The notes below the pieces were generated by a model. The model was not told the DNA's origin. It did no database searches and saw only the letters and a list, made by a program, of their open reading frames with translations. Positions 1 through 7,875 of a DNA stretch of 64,000 bases are shown here, one piece after another. The DNA lies in contig PEWR01000091.1 of the NCBI GenBank assembly GCA_002779395.1, positions 1,464-65,463 of the forward strand, written 5' to 3'. Within the stretch, counting starts at the first letter, position 1; each line of letters opens with the position of its first letter. The DNA comes from Ignavibacteriales bacterium CG07_land_8_20_14_0_80_59_12 (GTDB lineage Bacteria > Bacteroidota > Ignavibacteria > 0-14-0-80-59-12). Position numbers and translations under genes: made by a program.

Positions 1-1230
1 TGAACCTCCGTGCAGCTTCTATCTGCTCCGGGGAGACATCATAACACCCTTGTGGAGGAATTGGCCCTCTGCGGGGCTCTAGATACGCCAGAGGAGTGCC
101 CTGAGCTGAAGTTTCGTGATCCTCAGGCACCGGGGCAGGTAGCAAGGGACAACCGTTCACATCAGCTCACGACAGGCCGGTGAACGTCTATTACTACGTG
201 TAGCAGAATCTAGTACTAACTGTAGCAGAGGACACCGGAAATCCGCTCAGACGAGTCCAATATTGCCGGTTTTCAGGTGTGTCTTCCCCTTTATATATCT
301 TTAGATATTCTTATATCCATCTCATCCGCTCACTCTCCTGAGATGGATTCTTCCCGAAGCAATCACATCTCAGTTGATCTTCTTTCTGGAAACAGCCACA
401 ATGATGACGGACACTTGAATATCTGTCCTTGCCGGGCCCTGAGTTGATCACGGATGCTCCTCTGGGTCACTCAGACTCTCAGAATCATATGCTCTCCGGA
501 CCGTTGGGATCACGCTTTCTGGCTGGAAACCGAGGTCTCGTAAGCCGTTGCAAACAAAGAAAATAGATAATCATTCTCGACAGATTCGCGTGCGAAAAGC
601 AATAAAAGGGGCAGAGCTCGACCAGTCTCTTGTGCGCCTTTTCTCCGTATCCCCTCCAGAATGGACAGAAACGCACAAATGCTGCTTGGGAAACGACTTT
701 CCGGAGCGAATTGTCGAGAGAAATCGAGATGTTCCCACGCAATTGCGGAAGGAAACTGCCAACCGGGCGAAACGTCACTGTCGCATTCCTGGATCCTATT
801 GCATTGCCTGAGGGAATAACACCCCACCCGAATCCTCCCCAATAATAAGCCAATATCTCGGACAGAGAAGCTCCGGCTGGAGGTTGCTGGCGATATTCAG
901 CGCGATAAGAGGGGACCTTGCCCTACGTCCGTTGATCGGCGTGGACGTGCGCAATGCGAATACTGTGCCGTCCGCTTGCGAATGGAAATTCCTCCGCATC
1001 ATGAGCCACCGGAGCGGCCTGTCATCTCGCTGTGCCGCGCCCGTGCGTTCATGTTGCGGGGTCGAGACGCAGGTTCTGACTCAGCCGCTTGACATTGGCC
1101 GAGTGGTGCAGTAACATATTTATACACGTTCTTGCAGTCCTTCTTTGTTCACCTCCACACTGTCAACGTACGATGACTCCCCTGTTTTCGGGACAGGCGG
1201 ACGCCGATGATAGAGAGAGGAGCGAATGCC

Positions 1231-2547
1231 ATGAACAAGTCCCTCCCTTTTCTTCTCACCTTTGTCTTTCTGTGTACTGCGCGACACGATATGAACGCGC
1301 AGTGGGTCAAAGCTACGAACGGTCTTCCACCCGCCGACAGCAGCATGGGGTGGGAAGTGGCGTGGGCGATTGATGCAGTCGGTCAATCGACCGCTGTCGT
1401 GGGGCTATCGAGGGGTGGTGTTTTTCGGACCACAGATGGTGGAGCAAACTGGAAGTCATTGGGTTTCTCCCATTCTTACCACGCTGAACTCGTTGACCTG
1501 TCAATGGTCGACAGCTCCCACATTTGGGTGGCTGGCGGATACTCCGGTGCTATCTATGCAACTTCGAACGGGGGTCAGACTTGGAACGTGCAATTCTACG
1601 ACACAACCAAGACAGATTTCATCAACTACATCAGGATGTTCGATCCCCAGAATGGCGTCGCGATGGGTGATGCCGTAGGAAATGGGCCTCCTCTCTTCTT
1701 GAGGACGACTGATGCGGGACTCCATTGGGTTTCCATGAATGATACCGCCCTTCGGGGCTGCGCGTCGGGCGATACGTGGCGTCGCCTCGACTTCGTGAAT
1801 TGAGACGTGGGATACTTCTTCGAGTCTGGGGTCAATCCCCAGAAGCTGTACAAGACCATCGATGGAGGCCGGTCGTGGACGCTGACGCGCTACCCTGCTA
1901 ACTATGTTCAGGTCTTGAAGTTCTACGACCGGAACATCGGCTTTGCTGTGCCTGGAGGCGATGGGATCTACAGAACACTCGATGGAGGGAACACATGGGA
2001 TTCGCTTCCCATGCCATCTCGGCATTGGGGCGAGGCATTCTCGTTCGAGCCTGGCAATCCTGCCAAGGTCTGGCTTCTTGACAGTGATGATCTGTATTTC
2101 AGCTCGGATACGGGAAGGACATGGACCGCGCAGCTCCATATGCCATGGTCTTCCGGGTCGGGCCGTGACGTCGTGTTCACAGACGCTCAGAACGGTTGGC
2201 TGCTGGGTGACAAGGACATCTTGTATCGCACGACCAACGGAGGAGTGACGACCGGCATCGACGAACAGCCAGGCAGCGCGCCGAGTCGGTTCACGTTGTT
2301 CCCGAACTATCCGAACCCGTTCAACCCAACGACTACGATCACATTCACCCTCCCGCACTCGACTCATGCGACGCTGAAGGTCTTCACTCCTCTCGGCATA
2401 GAGATCGCAACTCTCGTCTCAGGCATTCAATCAGCTGGCGCTCACCAGGTTCAATGGAACGCGACCGGCAAGCTGAGCGGGGTGTACTTCTACAGGCTGG
2501 AAGCGGGTGGATACGTGGAGACGAGGAAGCTCATTCTGCTCCGGTGA
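1231..2547 (+). pseudogene. T9SS-sorted BNR/Ycf48-like repeat protein, single frame interrupted by in-frame TGA at 1801-1803
   Basis: ORFs 1207-1803 and 1807-2547 are in the same frame, separated only by TGA. N-terminus has a signal peptide (MNKSLPFLLTFVFLCTA). Repeated TxDGGxxW motifs (TTDGGANW, TSNGGQTW, TIDGGRSW, TLDGGNTW, SSDTGRTW) continue across the stop. C-terminus is a typical T9SS/Por sorting domain (FTLFPNYPNPFNPTTTITFTL...GVYFYRLEAGGYVETRKLILLR). Confidence 0.6.
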
Positions 2548-2735
2548 ATTGGGTCCCATCCAAATCACCGGTACATGGAGACTCGACCGGCACAGGTACT
2601 ACGATCTGAAGGGCAGATGACATCGCTGATCGCCGATCTTTTGCACTCCACCTGAATCCTCCGTAACTTCCAGAGGACCTTTCCGGCATCATCCCGGCCA
2701 AGATCAGCACCACCAAGCCGTGGAGTCGATCTCAA

Positions 2736-3644
2736 ATGGCAATCCCAGACTACCAGTCTATCATGTTGCCACTCTTGACGTTCGTCGGCGACAACAAGGA
2801 GCATTCACTTCGTGAGACAATCGATGCCCTGGCGAGTAGATTCAGCCTTACTCCAGAGGAGCGCAGAGAGTTGCTCGCGAGCGGTAAGCAGACCATTTTT
2901 GGAAACCGTGTCGGGTGGGCGCGCACGTACCTGAAGAAGGCCGCGCCCCTCGAGTCTCCGCGACGAGCATACTTTCGGATCACGAAGCGAGGGCTTGACG
3001 TGCTGGCGTCGAGCCCCAAGTCCATCAACCTTGGTTTCCTGGAGCAGTTTCCAGAGTTCGTGCAGTTTCGTGCGTTGCGGCATGAAAAGATCGACGACCA
3101 GGGGCTCAGCGAACAGGATGGCAAGAGAACGCCCGAAGAGGCTCTGGAGAATTCCTACCAGAGTCTGCGGCAGAGCCTGGCAAGCGAGCTTCTGGATCAG
3201 GTCAAGTCAGGCAGCCCACATCAGTTTGAGAAGGTGGTCGTGGAACTCCTTGTGGCCATGGGGTATGGAGGCAGTCTCAAAGACGCTGGAAGAGCCGTCG
3301 GGAAGTCGGGCGACGAGGGCATAGACGGTATTATCAAAGAAGATCGGCTGGGACTTGATGCAATATTCATCCAGGCCAAGAAGTGGGAGAATTCGGTAAG
3401 CCGGCTCGAGATCCAGAAGTTCGCTGGTGCGCTGCAGGGCCAGCGAGCAAGGAAGGGGATCTTCATCACCACTTCCGACTTCCCGAAGGAAGCACACGAC
3501 TACGTGTCACGGATCGACACGAAGATTGTCTTGATCGACGGCCAGCAACTTGCCCAGCTCATGATCGACCACAACATCGGTGTCACTACTGTATCCAGCT
3601 ACGAAATCAAACGAATCGACTCAGACTTCTTCGCGGAGGAATAG
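2736..3644 (+). CDS. mrr: Mrr-family type IV restriction endonuclease (N-terminal winged helix plus Mrr catalytic domain)
   Basis: N-terminus MAIPDYQSIMLPLLTFVGD...; C-terminal Mrr_cat-like block GIDGIIKEDRLGLDAIFIQAKKWENSVSRLEIQKFAGAL...GIFITTSDF. Lies at the edge of the lower-GC island. Confidence 0.75.
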   Translation: MAIPDYQSIMLPLLTFVGDNKEHSLRETIDALASRFSLTPEERRELLASGKQTIFGNRVGWARTYLKKAAPLESPRRAYFRITKRGLDVLASSPKSINLGFLEQFPEFVQFRALRHEKIDDQGLSEQDGKRTPEEALENSYQSLRQSLASELLDQVKSGSPHQFEKVVVELLVAMGYGGSLKDAGRAVGKSGDEGIDGIIKEDRLGLDAIFIQAKKWENSVSRLEIQKFAGALQGQRARKGIFITTSDFPKEAHDYVSRIDTKIVLIDGQQLAQLMIDHNIGVTTVSSYEIKRIDSDFFAEE

Positions 3645-3756
3645 GCCGGGTACATATTCACGCTGATACACAAAACGGGGTTAGGTCAGGAGTAGCGACT
3701 CTGAATACCCTGCTGCGGAACCCACAAATTGACGTATTTGGTGAGAGGCATTCCTG

Positions 3757-5397
3757 ATGGCAAAGAGAGGTCGAAAACCTGTAGCTAAGACGGCAAAGGT
3801 GGGGAAGAGGACGAAGTCAAAGCCCTCGCCGACCCTCTTCGAGAACAAGAACGGCACACCAGAACAACTCGATGTCAACACCCTTGAGGGCTGGCTATGG
3901 GAAGCCGCTTGTTCAATCCGTGGGGCTGTGGATGCTCCGAAGTTCAAGGACTATATCCTACCACTCATCTTTGTCAAACGGCTTTCTGATGTCTTTGAGG
4001 ATGAGGTCAAGAGAGTTGCAGAGAAGTTTGGAGACGAAGACACTGCTAAAGAGTTGATAACGAAAGACCACTCTCTGATGCGATTCTACATCCCTGACAA
4101 AGCACTTTGGTCGGAGATTCGGAACTCGACTTCCAAGGTGGGTGAGAAACTGACAGAAGCAATGAGGGCAATCGCCAGGGAGAACCCAGCCCTTCAAGGT
4201 GTCATTGACATCGTAGACTTCAATGCGACTGTGAGCGGTCAGAGAATTATTGATGATGGAAAGCTAAGTTCACTCATTGAGATCATCAGCAAGCAAAGGC
4301 TTGGGCTGGCTGACTGTGAACCCGACATACTTGGAAGAGCCTACGACTACCTTCTGAGGAAATTTGCTGAGGGACAAGGGCAGAGTGCGGGGGAGTTCCT
4401 AACTCCGAAAGAGGTTGGCTGGTTGATGGCATATATCCTTGACCCTCAACAAGGAGAGACAGTCTACGACCCTGCCTGTGGTACGGCTGGACTTCTCATC
4501 AAGTGCGAGCTTGCTCTTGCAGAGAAGATGAATGGGAAGAAGGTCTCAAAGCCACTGCAACTCTACGGACAAGAGCAGAACCACGTTACCTACGCAATGG
4601 CAAAGATGAACACTATCATTCACGATATGGAAGGTTCGATTGCCATTGGGGACACAATGAGGAACCCCAAACTCTTGGATGGGAGTTCACTCAAGACCTT
4701 TGACATCGTAACTGCCAACCCCATGTGGAATCAGGATGGCTACGATTCTGATTTCTACGAGAACGATACCTACGAACGCTTCAAGAGGGGATACCCACCA
4801 GCCAGTTCTGCTGATTGGGGCTGGGTTCAATTGATGGAAGCTTCCCTCAATCAGAAGGGGAGAATGGCAGTCGTTCTTGATACAGGGGCTGTGTCAAGAG
4901 GATCTGGAAGTCAAGGGTCAAACAGGGAGAAGGATATACGGAAGGCGTTTGTTGATGCCGACCTTATTGATGCTGTTCTTCTGCTTCCTGATAATCTCTT
5001 CTACAACACCACAGCGGCTGGCATCATAATGGTGTTGAACAAGAACAAGGCCAAAGAGAGGAAGGGGAAGATACTTCTCATTAACGCGTCGCAGGAATTT
5101 GAGAAGGGTAGACCTAAGAACTTCTTGCCTGATGAGAAGATAAAGAAGGTTGCCAAGGCATACCATGACTTCAAGAGCATTGACCGATTCACAAGAGTTA
5201 TAACGATTGAAGAAGCGGCCAAGAATGACTACAACGTGAGTCCTTCAAGGTATGTTGAGACAGGGGCGGCTGAGGAATATCGTGAGATACCTGTCCTGCT
5301 AGAAGAATTGATTGCTCTTGAGCAAGAGAGTGCCAAGATTGATGCTGATTTAAAGAAGGTCTTCGCCAAGCTGGGGTTTGAGGCCGACAAGAAATGA
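3757..5397 (+). CDS. hsdM: Type I restriction-modification system M subunit (N6-adenine DNA methyltransferase)
   Basis: HsdM_N-like N-terminus, motif I DPACGTAGLL, motif IV region TANPMWNQ, directly followed by hsdS. GC clearly lower than flanking core genes. Confidence 0.85.
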   Translation: MAKRGRKPVAKTAKVGKRTKSKPSPTLFENKNGTPEQLDVNTLEGWLWEAACSIRGAVDAPKFKDYILPLIFVKRLSDVFEDEVKRVAEKFGDEDTAKELITKDHSLMRFYIPDKALWSEIRNSTSKVGEKLTEAMRAIARENPALQGVIDIVDFNATVSGQRIIDDGKLSSLIEIISKQRLGLADCEPDILGRAYDYLLRKFAEGQGQSAGEFLTPKEVGWLMAYILDPQQGETVYDPACGTAGLLIKCELALAEKMNGKKVSKPLQLYGQEQNHVTYAMAKMNTIIHDMEGSIAIGDTMRNPKLLDGSSLKTFDIVTANPMWNQDGYDSDFYENDTYERFKRGYPPASSADWGWVQLMEASLNQKGRMAVVLDTGAVSRGSGSQGSNREKDIRKAFVDADLIDAVLLLPDNLFYNTTAAGIIMVLNKNKAKERKGKILLINASQEFEKGRPKNFLPDEKIKKVAKAYHDFKSIDRFTRVITIEEAAKNDYNVSPSRYVETGAAEEYREIPVLLEELIALEQESAKIDADLKKVFAKLGFEADKK

Positions 5398-6696
5398 ATG
5401 AGAATGACTACTGACTACAAGAATACTGCGGCAGGACGTGTCCCGAGTGAATGGGATGTAGTCAGCTTGGGACAAGCTACCACTGATATCTTCGGCGGGG
5501 GAACTCCTTCAACTGCGAAGCCAACGTATTGGGGTGGTGACATCGAATGGACAACGAGTGCCTATCTCTCAGGATTGCACTTGAAGAATGGGCAAAGGAA
5601 GATAACCAAAGAAGGGCTTGACAACAGTTCCTCTCGACTTGTCCCCAAGGGCAACCTCTTGGTAGGAACACGGGTGGGAGTTGGGAAGGTTGCTGTCAAT
5701 GATGTGAACGTTGCCATAAGTCAAGACCTGACGGGATTGGTGCTCAACAAGCTAGCCTTCGATTCTGAATATCTTGCCTATTATTTGATGTCTGACCAAC
5801 CTCAACAGGTATTTCGCAATCAGACAAGAGGGACCACAATTAGGGGGATCCCACGAGAGGACTTGAAACTGATTCCTGTCTGCCGTCCCCCTCTCCCCGA
5901 ACAGATGAAGATTGCCGCCATCCTCTCCAAGATTCAGCAAGCCATCGAAGTGCAGGAGAAGATTATCGAGCGCACCAAAGAACTCAAGCGAGGACTAATG
6001 GCGAAGCTGTTCACGGAAGGCCTGCCCGCCTTCAGGGAGCGTGATAGACAGGCGGGTCTGCACGGTGAAGAACTGAAGGAGACTGAGATTGGGCTGATGC
6101 CGAAGAGTTGGGAAGTGCGGAGATTGGGCGACATCTTCGATTGTCACGACGGCAAGAGAGTACCAATGACAAAGGCTGACCGAATTGCGGGGCCGTACCC
6201 CTACTATGGGGCCAGCGGAATCATTGACCATGTGAAGGACTTCATCTTTGATGGTGAGCATCTCTTGGTCGCCGAAGACGGGGAGAACCTTAAATCCCGA
6301 AAGATGCCCATTTCATTCATAGCTCAAGGGAAATTCTGGGTGAACAACCACGCACATATCCTGAAGAATCGGCTTGGTTCACTGAAATTCTATGAGCAGT
6401 ACATGGCCCAGATGGATGTGAAGGACTACCTGACGGGGACAACAAGACCAAAGCTCACGAAGGGTCTCCTTTTGGAGATGAGGCTACCATTCCCGCAAGA
6501 AACGGAGCAGTTGGAAATCGGCAGGGTCCTTGAACGACTGGATGCGAAAGCCAAGCTCAATGACATTCGTTTGTACCTTCAGAGCGGAATATTCAAGTCC
6601 ATGCTCTATCAGCTTATGGCAGGCCATATCAGGGTCAACAACATCGAGATTCCATTCATCGGCGAGCAGACAGGACCGGCTCATGTTCAAGCCTAA
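5398..6696 (+). CDS. hsdS: Type I restriction-modification system S (specificity) subunit with two target-recognition domains
   Basis: Starts 1 nt after the hsdM stop. Two TRD-like halves separated by a conserved coiled-coil region (…IAAILSKIQQAIEVQEKIIERTKELKRGLMAKLFTEGL…). Typical Methylase_S architecture. Confidence 0.8.
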   Translation: MRMTTDYKNTAAGRVPSEWDVVSLGQATTDIFGGGTPSTAKPTYWGGDIEWTTSAYLSGLHLKNGQRKITKEGLDNSSSRLVPKGNLLVGTRVGVGKVAVNDVNVAISQDLTGLVLNKLAFDSEYLAYYLMSDQPQQVFRNQTRGTTIRGIPREDLKLIPVCRPPLPEQMKIAAILSKIQQAIEVQEKIIERTKELKRGLMAKLFTEGLPAFRERDRQAGLHGEELKETEIGLMPKSWEVRRLGDIFDCHDGKRVPMTKADRIAGPYPYYGASGIIDHVKDFIFDGEHLLVAEDGENLKSRKMPISFIAQGKFWVNNHAHILKNRLGSLKFYEQYMAQMDVKDYLTGTTRPKLTKGLLLEMRLPFPQETEQLEIGRVLERLDAKAKLNDIRLYLQSGIFKSMLYQLMAGHIRVNNIEIPFIGEQTGPAHVQA

Positions 6697-7723
6697 CTTT
6701 CGATACACAAACAGGATTGTCACACTCATTGGGAAGATTGCAGCTTCGAGAGAAGTTGTGCTCAATTCTCCCCTCGTCCCCAAATGGGAAGTATCGCTAA
6801 GACGAGAGGCAATGGTTCGCAGTGCCCATAGCTCCACGAGCATCGAAGGAAACAAACTCACATTGGACCAGGTGAGCAAGCTGGCAGAGGGAAGGAACAT
6901 CATGGCTTCCCGCAAGGATAAGCAGGAAGTGCTGAACTACTTGAACGTGCTTGAGCGGCTTGATGCATTCGTGGAAGATGGCAAGACCATTTCGGAAAAG
7001 ATAGTTCTCCGCATCCACAAGCAACTCACCAAGGATTCACTGGATGACCCATCCGATTCAGGAGTGTACAGGAAGAAGTACGTCGTTGTTGGAAACCGTC
7101 TCACTGGTGAGGTGAATTTCTATCCGCCAGAGAATGAGCAAGTCCCCTCGTTGATACAGGAGTATGTGCAGTGGCTGAACTCCTCTGCGGCACTGGAACT
7201 GGATGCGGTTATCGAAGCGGGTATCGCTCACTACGAGTTTGTCCGCATTCATCCGTTCGTGGATGGCAACGGTCGGGCGGCACGGGTTATTGCTGCGCTG
7301 CTGTTGTATCTCAGAGGGTTTGACACAAAGCGGTTCTTCTCGCTTGATGACTATTACGACACTGACCGAAAAGCGTACTATGCTGCATTGGCAACGGTGG
7401 ACAAAGACGTTCGTGATGTTACAAAGTGGCTTGAGTATTTCGTGGAAGGCGTTGCGGTGAGCATCGAAGCCGTAAAGGAGCGAGTCATTCGTCTGAGTAG
7501 CGAACGGCTCAAGCGAACACAGCGTGGTCAAATTGCGCTGACAGAGAAGCAGATGAAGATTGTGGAGTTCATCAATCAGAACGAGAGAATTTCAAACAAG
7601 AACGTGAGGGAGCTTTTCAAGGTCTCCGCCCAAGCAGCCCATAAGGAAATCTCAAAACTGGTTGAATTGGGGGTGCTAAAGCCAGTTGGCAAAGGTAGAA
7701 GTCTTTCCTATCTGCTCAAATGA
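6683..7723 (+). CDS. fic: Fic/DOC family protein (HPFx[DE]GNGR motif) with C-terminal winged-helix, embedded between hsdS and hsdR
   Basis: Fic motif HPFVDGNGRAARVIAALLL. C-terminal HTH-like MKIVEFINQNERISNKNVRELFKVSAQAAHKEISKLVELGVL. Start chosen at ATG 6683 (MFKPNFRY...), overlapping the hsdS end. The ORF-track start at 6530 is probably spurious upstream extension. Confidence 0.75.
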   Translation: MFKPNFRYTNRIVTLIGKIAASREVVLNSPLVPKWEVSLRREAMVRSAHSSTSIEGNKLTLDQVSKLAEGRNIMASRKDKQEVLNYLNVLERLDAFVEDGKTISEKIVLRIHKQLTKDSLDDPSDSGVYRKKYVVVGNRLTGEVNFYPPENEQVPSLIQEYVQWLNSSAALELDAVIEAGIAHYEFVRIHPFVDGNGRAARVIAALLLYLRGFDTKRFFSLDDYYDTDRKAYYAALATVDKDVRDVTKWLEYFVEGVAVSIEAVKERVIRLSSERLKRTQRGQIALTEKQMKIVEFINQNERISNKNVRELFKVSAQAAHKEISKLVELGVLKPVGKGRSLSYLLK

Positions 7724-7807
7724 GGTTGATGATTAGGTTGATGATTAAGTTGATGATTACGACGATAATGAGGTTGATGATTAGCGTTATGATTAGAGTG
7801 ATGATTA
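7724..7807. repeat. Imperfect 12-bp tandem repeat array, 7 copies (consensus GGTTGATGATTA), in the fic-hsdR intergenic region
   Basis: Read directly: ggttgatgatta ggttgatgatta agttgatgatta cgacgataatga ggttgatgatta gcgttatgatta gagtgatgatta, then a degenerate 8th unit. Sits 69 bp upstream of the hsdR start. Confidence 0.85.
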
Positions 7808-7875
7808 TCTCGATGTAGAATAAAGGGTTACAGAGGTGGTTGTTCTTGTGATTGTCAATTGGCCCACTCTGAAAA

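Noticed and set aside
1-1206. Looked for RNase P RNA, tmRNA, SRP RNA or a cobalamin riboswitch in the non-coding region.
   Set aside because: Hallmark motifs were not seen (no GGAAAGTCCGGGC, no tag-peptide ORF plus TCCACCA, no B12 box). This does not exclude other structured RNAs, and it is recorded as an open finding instead.
1801-1803. Considered that TGA might be a sense codon (genetic code 4 or 25) in this organism.
   Set aside because: Numerous well-supported genes in the window terminate with TGA at positions matching homologue lengths (hsdM, hsdR, sufB, wzx and others), so TGA is a stop here.
6530-6682. ORF-track start of the fic ORF at 6530, overlapping the last 55 codons of hsdS.
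   Set aside because: The Fic-domain similarity begins after the internal ATG at 6683. The upstream extension is just open frame across the hsdS 3' end.
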